Origin: Sphyrna mokarran
Lineage: Eukaryota
Direction: 5' to 3'
DNA: 64,000 nt
Assembly: GCA_024679065.1 (NCBI GenBank)
Contig: JAGIQG010000012.1
Location: 86,800,001-86,864,000, forward strand
Part shown: positions 1 through 13,015 of the stretch, piece after piece
Layout: each line of letters begins with the position of its first letter
How positions within the stretch are numbered: the stretch's first letter is position 1
Made by a program: the position numbers and the translations under genes
Notes under the pieces: model-generated
The model's database searches: none
Seen by the model: the letters and a program-made list of their open reading frames with translations, nothing else
Told to the model about the DNA's origin: nothing

Positions 1-386
1 TCTGTTCTGGGCCTCCAACACTTATGCCTGATGTTCCCTCATTTGTTGCAGTTTCTGTAACATCTCGTGCAGAGCGCATCCAACTTGGACGTTGTAGATG
101 CCCACTTCCTCCAACAGTCCTCCAAGTACTAGTGAGTCTGGGTGACCCTGAGTCTTCCTGTCTCAGACATGTGTCCAAGGATTGACCACCAGAATGTGAG
201 ACCCTGCCTGAAATGGATCTAGGACCCACCAAGGAGTGTATCTGTGTGCTGGAGGGTACAGGTGACTGCTGTGATGGCTCTACAGGTGCACTTTCTTCCA
301 CTTTTGCCAGTGTCCTCTGTGAACTGGAGGAACTGCTGGACAGGGTTTTCTCTTCTTGCCTTCCCTTCTTCCTGCTGGCACCTGTG

Positions 387-397
<11 letters not shown>

Positions 398-417
<20 letters not shown>

Positions 418-425
418 CAGAGAGA
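398..425. repeat. (GA)n microsatellite
   Basis: Direct reading. Confidence 0.9.
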
Positions 426-1299
426 CCGAGTGACTGCATGAATTGCCTCCAACAGCAAGGAATGCATGATGTTCAGATTTCTAAATGACTACATTATGTA
501 CAGATCCTTAACTGAGTGGAGACCACCTATCCATCGCTCCATCCGCACAAGTTCCTACCCTGACAGCAGGGCTGCTGCTCTTCAACATCACTAAGTTCTG
601 GAGGTCAGGAGGACCCCCTTCTGTCTTCTCACTCTTGTCGTATTGTGCCTCCAATCTCCTGCACAAACAAAGAAGGGTTGGGGGCAATTGGCTTTCAGAG
701 ATCTTTCTCTTGCTTCCTCAGTAATTACAAATTCTCCACTGGATTGTGTGCTATTTGATTGATGCACTGCAGGTGGTCCTCAAGTGTCTGGGGCAGCAAC
801 TCTAGAGCACTGAGCCCCTGCACTTAGAGGGATAAGCTTCACAGAGGCATCTCAAAAACGTTCCTTGCTGGTGCCTTTAATGCCTAGCCCTCTTTCCCAC
901 TCCCACAGACAGCAACTGAATTCCCTGCGCTAAAGGGATCAGGAACCCACAGTGGTTTCTGCACTTGCAGACAAGATGGGGACTATAAAGTATCACATTG
1001 TCACACTGAGTAGCTCCTTTATACAGGGGCTGCATGGATGGCATCTTTGCCAATAAGCTTACGTCCTCTCCACCATTCAGCCAGGTGAGTGGGAGCAGTT
1101 GAGGGTTCACAGCTTGTTGGTATAGTTGATTCATTCATCTACTTGTGATGTTGTAGGGCAGTCCTCTGCTGGGTTCCCCGAGATGTCCTTCCATGCAGAA
1201 TTAACCTGATGACTCAGCCCCCCTCCTGCATTAAGCACTTAGAGATGCGTCACTGAACCTAGGATTAAAGCTCCCTGTGATCAGTGAGCCATCACCTCC

Positions 1300-1650
1300 T
1301 TTGATTTGATTTATTATTGTCACATGTACTTAGTGAAAAGTACTGTTTCTTGAGTGCTATTCAGACAAAGCATACCGTTTGTAAAGAAAGAACCGAGAAA
1401 GTGCAGAATGTCATACAGCTAGGCTATAGAGGAAGGTCAACTTAATGCAAGATAAATCCATTCAAAACTCTGACAGCAGCAGGGAAGGAGCTGTTCTTGA
1501 GTCGGTTGGTACGTGACCTCAGACTTTTGTATCTTGTTCCTGATTGGAGAAGTCCAAGGTGCATGAGGTCCTGAATAATGCTGGCTGCTTTGCCAATGCA
1601 GTGGGAAGTGTAGACAGAGTCACTGGATGGGAGACTGGAGTTACAGAGGC
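1300..1650 (-). mobile_element. Rex1/Babar-like LINE 3' end
   Basis: Minus-strand translation SGTRYKSLRSRTNRLKNSSFPAAVRVLN; AATAAATCAAATCAAA tail. Confidence 0.7.
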
Positions 1651-2684
1651 ACAATGGTTATGGAAGAAGTTGAAAAATATAACAGCATGACGCACACCAT
1701 CTAGTCCTCACATTACACCAAGCAACCCCTCCACTGCATAATTAATCAGGCTAGAATCACACAATTCGGTGCAAATTCCCACAGGCCTCCACAACAGGAT
1801 ACATTGCTGGTTCCTTCCAAGGACATGGATTCAGAATGGAAACTTCCACCCAACAAATCAATAAAAGAGTGGCAACAATTCCAAATCCAGGGCTTAGCTT
1901 CATGTCCTCATGGAGGCGAGTACAACACTATTCAGTGATCACAAAGATTCTGTGAGTGATAATGATGCTCTGGTGTATATCAAATATTTCATTCTAGGGA
2001 CACGAGCATCATATCACAGCCAGCACTTTATTGTTCATCCCTCGGTGCCTGAGAAGGTGATGGTGGACCTTCTTCTTAACAGTGGTGGTAGATTTTGATA
2101 CAAATGAATGGTTTACTGGGGAACATCAGAGGAGTGTTGAGAGTCAGACACATTAATGTGGGGCTGGAGTCATGTATAGATCCAGACTGACAAAGACTGG
2201 CAGAATTCCTTCCCACAAAGGCATTAGTGTTGATCTGCTTTCCTCTTCAGAATTGACAATCCCATTCGTTGCCCACCTCCAATTCCCTTTCTCTGTATTT
2301 TGTGAAAGGTTGTAATTTTAGCTGTCTAGTTTTAAAATGCCAGGTCTGGGTTTTTCAATTTGCACGTCTAATGAATGGGTTCAACATTCAAAAATAATCT
2401 GTTTTTCTCGTTACAAACACTGACTCACCTGCCATGCGCGTGTATTTTTATGTCTGAGCCTCAGTCTTTTCTGCTTTTTATTTTAATTTTACAACACATT
2501 TGAACTGGAGATTTTCTGTTGCAGTGGGTAACATCCCTGCCTCCTGAGCCAGCAGTTCTGCGTTTGAGTCCCATCCCAGGACCCCATGGCCAAGAAAGAT
2601 GTGTTCAAAACACAGCCAAACAGGTTTGAGTATCAACCTGTAAAATCCTTCCAACATGGAAATGGCTGGCAGTGAGAGAGAATC

Positions 2685-3055
2685 TGATGGAGGGATATGA
2701 AATTTAAAGAGAGATTGATAGAGTAAGTGTAGACCAAATATTTCTTCTCATGGGGCATTTTCGAACAAGAAGTATAAGTTGTGATGTGGTAGATTTAAAA
2801 CTGAGATGAGGAGGAGCTACTTTTGGCAGAGGGTGGTGAATCTGTGGAACTTGCTGTGCCATAGTACAGTGGAGTCTAAATCATTGAATGGTTTCATGAT
2901 GGAGATATATTTCTAATAAAAAAGGGATAAAAGGGGAACAGATCGGGAGGTGGATTTGAGACCAGGGAGAGATCAAGCTATGATCTGATGGAATGGCAGA
3001 GCAGGCTCGAAGGGCTGGGTTTGTCTACTTCTGTTCCTAATTCCTATGTTCCTAT
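2685..3055 (+). mobile_element. CR1 LINE 3' fragment
   Basis: Degenerate ORF2 end (QRVVNLWN) plus CR1 3' UTR ending in cctatgttccta. Confidence 0.8.
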
Positions 3056-3425
3056 TCCTGGTCAGTTGTGTGATGCTAGAAAAGTTCTGACTGCACCATT
3101 TAAAGTGCATGCTTCAGAACCACTGACTCCCTGAATGGTCTGTAACACACCAAACATAAATACCTCTATGCTGAGCTTGTATTTTCCGGTGCAATTGCAT
3201 AAGATTTCATGTGTCATCACTTACCCAAGTGTGAAATTTCACAGAAACTTTACTCCACTGGATTATACTTTGCATTCTTCTGATTCTGCCTCATTATCCT
3301 TATTTAATGTTTTAAAAAAGCCTTATTCAAACTCCCCATGGCACAGGATAATATAAACATCTAGTATTTAGTTAACGTTTTTAACATAGTACAAACACCG
3401 CCCCCCACTCCTCCAAAGACCTTTT

Positions 3426-3720
3426 GGGTGGCATGGTGGCACACTTGTTAGCACTGCTGCCTCACAGTGCCAGGACCCAAGGTTCAATTCCAGCCTTGGG
3501 TCACCATCTGCGTGGAGTCTGCATGTTCTCCCCGTTTCCTCCCACAAATTCAGTCCAAAGATGTGCGAGTTAGGTTGATTGGCTATGCTAAGGTAACATT
3601 AGTGCCAAGGGATTAGCAGGGTAAACATGTAGGGTCATGGGAATGGGATCTGGGTGGGATTGTGTTCACTGCAGATCCGATGGGCTGAATGGCTTCCTTC
3701 TGCACCGTATGGATTCTAGA
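3426..3720 (+). mobile_element. V-SINE (HE1-like) with CR1-type tail
   Basis: tRNA-like A/B boxes (GGTTCAATTCC), V-domain tggagtctgcatgttctcccc, CR1-like 3' tail. Confidence 0.85.
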
Positions 3721-4864
3721 AGAAAGAAGCAGATACTGATGTCCAGCCAAAAAAGGACAGGTGCCAAAAGCTTGTCTAAGAGATTTTTAAGGAGTTGGCT
3801 GGGCAGACAGGTTCAGAGAGATTCAGAGTTTTGGGCCAAGTTAGCTGAAAGCAAGAATGATGCTCAGCCTGAATTGGAGAAATGCAAATATCACAGAAGA
3901 TGAGATGACACCAGAAGTGGTTAGAGGATTAGAGTGGCACAAACTGGGGAAAGGATTTGAAAACAAGGAATAGAATTCTATATTCAAGGCATTGTTTGAC
4001 CTGCACCCAATGTCAGCCGTGCAAGGTAAAATGGATTAGCATTTACAACAGAGATTTGTACGACTGAAAGATTACGGAGGGTGGAATGTGGGAGAGCAGT
4101 AAGGCATGCTTAGAATAGTTGATTCTACAGGTAGCAGTAGCACCAATGAGGGTTTCAGCACCAGATAAATAGAGGCAGGGATGAAGTTAAGCTTCATCTT
4201 TTGAGATAGAAACAGCTGGTCTTTGGGATGGCATGAATGTGTGGTTAAAAGTGCATTGCAAGGTGGAATATGACACCAAGTTTAGCAATCTGATTCAACT
4301 TTAGATCAGTAGCCAGAGTTGAAATGGAGTTTGCAACAAGGGCCAAAGGCAATGGTTGCATTCTTCCCAATATTTAATTGGAGGAAATTTCTGACAATCG
4401 ATACTGGATGTCCAGCCACTTTGCAAATTAGAGACTGCCAACATGGAGCGGAGACAGGACTGGATGCAATTAGTGATGCTGATGACATTGCCAAAGGGCA
4501 GCATGTAGATGAGAAATAGAAGAGATCAAGGATAGATACCAAAGCTGGAAGAAAAACCATTTTGCACAATTCTATGTGCACAGTTAACAGACAAGTGTGG
4601 GACCAGGTGAGTGCAGTGCCATCTAGCTGGAAGAGTGGAGAGGTACTGGAGGGTAGGTGGTCAACCATGTCAAAGTGACAGTTCACCAAGGTATACAGTT
4701 GATTTTTGTCACAGTTTCAAAGGACGTAATTTGTGAATTTGGCAAGAGTCATTTTGGTGCTATGGTAGAGGACGGTACTAAGGGAATTATTGGATGTAGG
4801 GATTGTATGGGAAGGTGGAATTAAGGTCGAAGATCAGCTATCATCGTACTGAATGGTGGAAGGG

Positions 4865-5175
4865 AACGGCACGGTAGTTAACACTGCTGCTTCACAGCGT
4901 CAGGGACCTGGGTTCAATTCCAGCCTTAGGTGACTATCTATGTTGAGTTTCCATTTTTCCAGTGTCTCTGTGGGTTTCCTCCAGATACGCTGGTTTCCTT
5001 CCACATTCCGAAGATGAGCAGGTTAGGTTGATTGGCCATGCTAAATTACCTCTTAATGCCAGAGGGATTAGGACTGTAAATATGGGGTTATGGGGATACG
5101 GCCTGGGTGGGACTGTTGTCAGTGCAGGCTTGATGGGCCAAATGGCCTCCTTCTGCAGTGCAAGGATTCTATGAA
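4865..5175 (+). mobile_element. V-SINE (HE1-like)
   Basis: Same head, V-domain and tail as the 3426 copy. Confidence 0.85.
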
Positions 5176-5269
5176 TAGTCTAATCCATGGTCCTAGTCAA
5201 CAGCTTTCAGGAGGTGGAAATGCAAATCAAACAATGTCCTCTAATAGGTGTCCTCCAAAACAAGGGCCA

Positions 5270-6035
5270 ATGCTTACAATCTGAAATTACTGAACAGTAT
5301 TGAGTCTGGAAGACTGAAAAGTGCTTTCATCAAGCTTTGTTGATCACATTGGAAGAGTATAGGGGTCCCAGGTTGAACGGCAGCGTGGGGGAGAATTAGT
5401 GACAGGATAGCAGGAGCTTGAGGTCATGCTTGTGGACTGAACAGGTCTGTTCAGTGGTGAAAATGCTGGAGAAGGACCCATGGAAAATGATGGATTGGAA
5501 GATGAGGGCAAGAGAAACCCCACTGTGATCTTGGAAGTGAAGAATGGGACAAGGTCAGGAGGGTGGGGCTGAGTACTAGCCCTGTTAATCATATTTGGGA
5601 AATCATCGATTGAGGAAAAAGAAGACCATATTAGAAGTACATCCAAACAGATTCGACAGAGACTCAAACTGAGAAAATTCCTTACTGAGGAAGTGAGGAA
5701 GTGCAGTCAAGAATCAGAATCAATAGATCTATTGTGGATTTTAGTCAATTGCACATCCCTGAAGTGGATATGCAAAGTAGAGGGAGGGAAGAGCCAATGG
5801 AGCACGGAGCAAGGGAACAGCGGATTCACTTCAGGCTCAAAACAGGAAATAACACTGATAGAGTCCTCAATGTTTCAGAAAAAGAGATGGGAGAGGATAC
5901 TAGAGTAGGATTGGAACAAAGAATGTTCCACAACCAGGATCAGCATGGATTCCCATTGCAATATCCTTTACTTGGAGAAAGTAAATCCAGTCAATGTAGA
6001 GGTTTGGCTGGGTGTCTGCTGAAATGACAGCTTCA
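5270..6035 (-). mobile_element. Penelope-like element remnant
   Basis: Minus strand reads FLQVKDIAMG (PLE RT FLQxxGxAMG) and ends in a decayed GLNxxFSNFR endonuclease terminus. Confidence 0.6.
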
Positions 6036-6119
6036 CTACTTCCTTGATTTCTCTAGAGAAAGATCCACTGAGATGGAGTAGTGTCTCAGTGTGAAAAACG
6101 GCACATCAATACTGCACTG

Positions 6120-9100
6120 ATTAGCCATTCAGCCCTTTGAACCTGCTTCGAATTTCAACAGGATCATAGCTAATCCTCTATCTCAACACTATACTCCCAC
6201 ACTCTCCCCATACCTTTGGCATCTTTTAGGGTCTCAAAAATACCTATTTCCTTCTTAAATACATTCAGTAACATAGTTCCCACAATCTTTTGTTAGAGAG
6301 AATTCCACGGATTTCTCATCCTTGAAGATTTAATTTATTATTGTCACACGTACTGGGATACAGTGAACAGTATTGTTTCTTGCAACCATACTGGCAAAGC
6401 ATACGTTCATAGGGTACATAGGGGACAAGGAAAGATCCTCATCTCAGTCCTAAATGGCCTGTATATATCCTGAGACTGTGAACCTTTGTCCTAGACACCC
6501 CCAACCAGAGCAAATAACATCGCTGCATTCAATCTGTCCAACCCTGTCAGAATTTTATTCATATCAATTGAATCTCATTTTTCCAAATTCCAGTGAATTC
6601 AAATCCAATTGATCTAATCTCTCCTCATTCAATGATCCTGCCACGCCAGAAAACAGTTTGGTGAACCTTTGCTAAACTTCCTCCATATAGCAAGCATATC
6701 CTTTCTTAGATAAAGAGACCAAAACTGCACACAGCGCTCCTGGTATGGTCTCATCAAGAATTAGTACAGCTGCAGGAAGACATTAATTGCTCCTGTACTC
6801 AAATTCTCTTGCAGTGAAGACTAACTTACCATTTGCTTTCCAACTGCTTGTTGTACCTTCATGCTTTCTTTCAGTAACTGGAGTAATAGGACACTCAAGT
6901 CTGTTTGTAAGTTAGGATTTCCCAGCTATCATCATTTAAATAATATTCTGCCATTCTGTTTCTCTGTCCAAAGTGGGTAATTTCACATTTATCCACGTTA
7001 TGCTGTATCTGTCATATATTTACTTATTCATTCAACTCTCCTAAATCATCCTGAAGCCTCTCAACATCCTGCCGTTAGTAACCTTGAAAATATTACATTT
7101 GGTTCCTTAATTCAAATCATTGATGTACATCGTGAATAGCAGGGGACAGGCACTGAATCTTGTGGGACATCACTGGTCACTGCCCACCACTCTGAAAAAG
7201 ACCCATTTATTCCACCCTCAGGTTCCTGTCTGTGAACCAATTCTCAACCCATGCTAATGCATTATTCTCAATCCCCATGCTCTTTAATTTTGCGTACTTA
7301 GGTAGGACTTGATCAAAAGCTTTCTGAAAATCCCAACACTCAACATCCACTGGTTCACCCTTATCTATTCTACTATTTACATCCACAAAAAAAACAAAAT
7401 CCAGTAGGATTGTCAAACAGGATTTTCCTTTCATAAATCCATGTTGATCTGTCTAATCCCATTGGTGTTTTCTAAAGTGTCCTGTATCACATTCTAAATA
7501 ATGGACTCCAGCATTTTCCCTACTACTGATGTTAGGCTAACCAGCCTGTAATTCCGTGTTTTCGCCCTCTCTCCTTTGTTAAATATCAGAGTTGCATTTG
7601 TCACCTTCCAATCTGTTCCATAATGTACAGAATTTTATAGATAACAACTAATGTATCCATTATTTCCACGGCCACCTCTCTTAATACCTTGGAAATTACA
7701 TTATCAGGCCCTGGGGATTTAATGGCTTTCAGTCCCATTAATTTCACCACAATTTTATAGTACTATCAATTTCCTTAAATTCTTCCTTCGTACTAGATTC
7801 TTGGTTCCTTAGTATTTCTAGGAAGTTATTTATATCTTCTTCTGTGAAGACAAAACTAAATTAATTGTTTAATTGCTCTGCCATTTCCTCGTTCTCTACT
7901 ATAAAAATCTCTTGTTTTGGGCTGTCTTCGCTAATCTGTTTGTTTTTGTATACTTACAGAAGGTTTTACAATCCACTTTTATGATCCTGACAATTTTGCT
8001 CTCATGCTCTATTTTGCTCTCTTACTCAAATCACTTCGTCCTCTTTTGCTGAATACTAAACTGAATATCCTCAGGCTTGTTACTTTTTGTGTAACTTTAT
8101 ATGACTCCTCTCTGGATTTTAAACCATCCTGTATTTCTTCTGTAAGGCATGCTTCATTTTCCTTGTGTTTTTGCAATGCATACATTCATTCTTGAATATT
8201 AGGCAATGCCTATCCAACTTCATGCTTTTTAACAAAGTTTCCCAATCTATCTTAGTCAACTCAGGCCTCATACTTTCATAATTTTCATTATTCAGATTTT
8301 CAAGCCTAATTTGATTGGTCTTCTTCATTCTATTCATTTGTTGGACATGGACACTGCTGGCTGGCCAGCACTTGTTGCCCATCCCTAGTTGCTGGAGGGC
8401 AGTCAACAAGATTGCTTTGGCTTTGGAGTCACATGTAGGCCAGACCAGGTAAGGACAGCAGATTTCCTTCCCTAAATGGACACTGTCGATTGTCAGAAAA
8501 ACCCATCTAGTTCACCAATGGTTTCATGGTCATCAATAGGTTCTTAATTCCAGGTTTTTTATTGAATTCAAATTCCACCATCTGCCGTGGCGAAATTTGA
8601 ACCCAGGTCCCCAGAACATTAGCTGAGTTTCTGTGTTAATAGTCTAGTGATAACACCACTAGGGCATTGCCTTCCCACGTCACTTCTACACTAATGAAAA
8701 ATTCTATTGTATTATATTTGCTAATTTCTAAAGAACACTGCACAACAAGATTATTAAATAAACATTTCTAATTGCATCACATCAAAACTAGGATAGCATG
8801 TTCCCTAACTAGTCCCTCAACATACTGTCTTAAAAGAACATCTTGTACATGCTCCTTGAATTCATCTGTCACAGTATTGTTGCTAATTTGATTTGTCCTG
8901 TACACATGTAGATTAAAGTCAACCTTCTTACAAGCATCTCTAATTACCTGTTTAAGACCATCCCCTACTTTACCATTACTATTTGGAGGCCAACAGACAA
9001 CTCCCACTAATGTTTTCAGTCTCTTGTTGCTTCTTCGTTCCACCCAGACCCGTTCAGCATCTAGATTTTCTGAGTCAATATCTTTTCCCACTATCGCACT

Positions 9101-10113
9101 GACTTCACTACCTCCTTTTCTTTTCGTCTCTCTTTCCTAAAGATTGAATACCCTTGGATATTCAGTTCCCAGCCTTGGTCACCCAGCGACCATGTCTCCG
9201 TAATCGCTATCAAATCATATCCATGTATACCCCTGTTAATTTGTCTACCTTATTGTGAAAGCTCTGTGCGTTCAGACATAGTGCCTTAGACTTTTTAACA
9301 CTTTTACATTGTTTTTGTGCTGTGACTATTTGCTGTTAGCCGTTGTTTCTCCTGCCTTCCACTTGAGTTTTGTACTGTTCTGTCTTTCACTTCTGTTTTT
9401 GTTTCTCTCTCTTATCTCCCCATTCAGGTTCCCATTGTCCTCCACTCTAGTTTAAACTCTCCCCAACAACACAAATAAATACCACTGCAGGGATACTGAC
9501 CCAGCTGGGATGCAACCTGCCTAGACCACGCAGATCCCATTTTAACCAGAATTGATCTCAAAGAACAAGAATAGTACAGCACAGGAACAAGCCCTTCGGC
9601 CCACCAAGACTGTGCTGACACAGATGCCTCTCTAATCTAATATTTTCTTGCCTCAGTATGGTCCATATTCCTCTATTCCCTGCCTATTCATGTATCTATC
9701 CAGTTACCTCTTGAACATTGTTATAGAATCTGCTTCCACCACCTCCTTCAATAGCACATTCCGGGCATTCACCCTGTGTAAAAAACTTGCCTCTTACATC
9801 ACTTTTAAACTTTTCCCCTCTCACTTTCAACCGATGCCCCCTGAGTAATTGACCCTTTGCCCCTGGGGCAATTCACTCTATCCAAGCATATCATAATCTT
9901 GTAAATCTCTATCAGATTCCACCACCACCACCCCCCCCCCCCCAATCGCTCCAATGAAAACAATCTAAGCTTGTTCAACTTTTCGTCATGCTCCATATCC
10001 TGAGGAATTCAAATCCCTCCCTCTTAAAAAATCTCTCCAGCCATGCATTCATCCGGTCTATTCTCTTATTCCTGCTTTAGCATGTGGCACTGGGAGTGAT
10101 CCTGAGATTACTA
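6120..10113 (-). mobile_element. Old, long CR1 (ORF1 end plus ORF2), interrupted by nested elements at ~6325-6435, 8320-8680 and 9560-9995
   Basis: Collinear endonuclease and RT fragments (KGKSCLT, GEPVDV..DFQKAFD) and CR1 3' UTR. Confidence 0.85.
8320..8680 (-). mobile_element. tRNA-derived SINE sharing its 3' tail with the divergent LINE family of 15647-17160
   Basis: Reverse complement matches 37160-37475; tail gcaactagggatgggcaa. Confidence 0.8.
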
Positions 10114-10894
10114 TTGAGTCAGCCTAGATTCTGGGCTCAAGTCCATGAAATGCAACTCAAACCCACGACTTTCTGACTCAGGAAGGGAGAATACTACCCA
10201 CTGAGCTATGGCTGTCACTTGGTATTACCCAATGCCTCTTGGCTTTTCCTAAATTTCTTAATGCGTTTTTTTCTACGCAAATCAAAATAGTCAGTGATTC
10301 AAAAACATGGCTGTGCGAGTCATCTCAGAATGTGACACATCATTAGTAATCAATTGAACAGACAAGATTTTTCCTCCTGAAAGACAGAGAAAAACATTAA
10401 ACAGAACAATTTGTTATAAGGAAACTGGTTGGGATTTGATTTTAAATTTGAGAAGTTGTGTTTTCAACAGTCAAGACCTAGAACTCCTTTCACAAACTTC
10501 GCAGCTTCTATATCTTAAAACTTAAGGCACTCCTTAAAACCTCCCTTTTTCAAGAAACCTTTGTCCACCTGCCCGAATGGGGCTGTGTCATATTTTGTTT
10601 TCTAAGAATCCTGTGAAGCACATTAGGATGTTTAACACACGATACAAATACATCAGAAAATCTACTGACCTTTCTGTACCAAGTATATATATTCCTGTCC
10701 TATTTTGCTTGCTTTATCATTCAATCTATTCTGCTTGTTACAGATCGCCTTTTTGTCCTCTCCCTCTTCCTTTTCCCCGCCTCCATACTTACTTAAAACC
10801 TGAATTCTGGCCAATATTTATCCCACTATCATAAAAATAAAACATTTTCCGATTCTGACGAAGATCCGTCAACGTGAAACATTCACATTAAGAC

Positions 10895-11230
10895 TGGCAG
10901 TATTGGATCTTACTGCACTGTCGGAGGTGCCATCTTTCAGGATGAGACATTAAACCAAGGCACCATTTTCCCCTTAATCATGTGGATGTTAAACAGAACC
11001 TCTAATGAACGCTGTTTTGAAGTAAAGCAGGTTCTCAGTACTCCGGTCAAGATTTAACTCACAACAATCAAAACACGACGACAAATTAAAAAAAAACATC
11101 TGTCCATTATCTCACTGCTGTTTGTGCAAATCTTGTCGTGTTTTCTACATAACAAAACACATCAGCGGCTGCAAAGAGCGCTGGGACATCCTGTGAGCAC
11201 CAGAGGCGTTTTTCTCAATGCAACTTCTCC
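10895..11230 (+). mobile_element. Deu-domain SINE remnant
   Basis: ggaggtgccatctttcaggatgagacattaaacc...cattatctcactgctgtttgtg resembles the DeuSINE/AmnSINE core as I recall it. Confidence 0.65.
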
Positions 11231-11639
11231 CAGTTTTTAAACAAAAAACGAAAAAAAAAAATTCGTTCTTCTTTCCGATTTCGGCTTGTGCCGAGCTGCT
11301 GGATGTTGGCAGCATTTTCTCTGGTGGGTTTGAGATTGCCAGAGTGTATTGATCGATGTGTGAGGAGAGCTTTTGACTGAACCAGCAGCCAGTGTGAACA
11401 GGCTGGAACCAGTTACACAGAGACAGGCAAAGAGCTTTCAATAGCTTCAACCTGCCCCCAGTGTCTCTCTCAATGCAGAGTCATCATCAACCCCTCCACA
11501 CACACACACATACATACATACACATCAGTGAGAGTGCAGAGAAGAAGTGGAAGGTATTTACCTGGAGATGTGAAGATACACACACACAGCAGTTAGATAC
11601 AGGAACAGCACTGTGAGGGTGCAACCCAGTGACAGACAC

Positions 11640-12080
11640 AATCCTCTGGGAGGGCGGGCTCTAGCCTCACATCACCACATCCCTATTGGTCAGTGCCCAC
11701 TCTGACTGACAGCCGCCTCTTGCCAATGGGCTTTCGAGCGCCCACAAGAGACGTAAGGGGGGGGCGGGCACTGCATGCAATACCCTCTCCCCCCCCCCCC
11801 CCCCCCCGCCGCCGCTGATTGGCCGGAACCCTGCCCCCTCCCCTCGGGAACGCGCCCCGCCCGGTGCGTGCGCGCTGGCTGAGTGCGCGTGCATGAGGGG
11901 GTCCCGGCTTCCAGGTGAGTGGCGGCGCGCGGACTCCTTACCTGGCGCGGTGGGGTCGGGGGCGGGGGAAGGGGTCTCTGGTGGGTATGGGTTGCATTTA
12001 TATATCAACGGCGGCGTCCCTCAGGCTTGGAATGCGGACGATGCAGAATGTGTGAGTTTGCTGAGGGTGGATCCGCCGCG
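11640..12080. promoter_or_regulatory. CpG island / probable bidirectional promoter
   Basis: Densest CpG patch in an otherwise CpG-depleted window; GC boxes at 11652 and 11761; CCAAT/ATTGG at 11685, 11723 and 11818; NRF1-like GCGC repeats ~11865-11893; + donor CAG|gtgagt at 11915; - donors CAG|gtaagg at 11941 and CAG|gtaaat at 11561. Confidence 0.75.
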
Positions 12081-12508
12081 GCAGCCTTGCACAATGTGAA
12101 TCTTCCCTTTCTGACACACACACACACACACACACACAGACAGCAGAGTCTAAAACTGTTACAAATCAGATGCTATGTATCCTTGATTAGTTCCTGTTCG
12201 GGGAAATACAATAACAACACCTCTGTTTCACCAACGCCAACCACCCCCCCCCCCCCCCCACGTCCCTCAAGGACATTGTGTCAATGCACTGAAGTCAAGG
12301 CTGTAGGTACTGCAAATACTATGGCCACATTTTCATGTGCAAATTGTGCAGTGAACAAGGCTACATTCCCATCTCTTGTTGCTACAATTCAGTTCTCAGT
12401 GTGACATTCAGCGTCACTGGCCAGAGAACAAGTGTCCCCATCTCCAAAGGGGGAGAGGAGAAGAGAGGAGGCTCAGTTCAAACTGGGAGGTAGGTGTGGG
12501 ATTCAGTA

Positions 12509-12812
12509 GGGGTGGCACAGTGGTTAGCATTGCTAACAGATTCTCTGCTAACGCCAGGGATCCAAGTTCAATTCCCAGCTTAGGTTTACTGACTGTACGG
12601 AGTCTGCACATTCTTCCTGTGTCTGCATGGGTTTCCTCCGGCTGCTCTAGTTTCCTCCCACAGTCCAAAAGACGTGCTGGTTCGGTGCATTGACTGTGCT
12701 AAATTCTCCCTCAGTGTACCCGAACAAGTGGTGGAGTGTGGCAACTAGGGGATTTTCACTGTAACTTCATTGCAGTTTAGTGTAAGCCTGCTTGTGACAC
12801 TAATAAATAAAA
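12509..12812 (+). mobile_element. V-SINE with alternative (non-CR1) tail
   Basis: V-domain followed by ...cttcattgcagtttagtgtaagcctgcttgtgacactaataaataaa. Confidence 0.85.
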
Positions 12813-13015
12813 GATGTGGTTGTGCCATGTGTCAAAGTTTAGATAGAAACATTATTCTGTCAATTGAGTGTCATTCAGGGACTTATCACGTAACAATCAT
12901 AAGAAAATATCAGGCAAAAAACAGGAGAGGAATATCAGGCCAGGGAGCACAAAATACAATACACTATGTTAGTGCTAAGTTACCTTACTTATTAGTGACA
13001 CCAATAGGCTTACAT

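Noticed and set aside
1-1295. GC-moderate stretch with short ORFs
   Set aside because: No convincing splice-bounded frame or recognisable motif; probably decayed TE, but I could not classify it
11667-12404. ORFs across the CpG island
   Set aside because: Low-complexity products of GC-rich and microsatellite DNA; no domain signal
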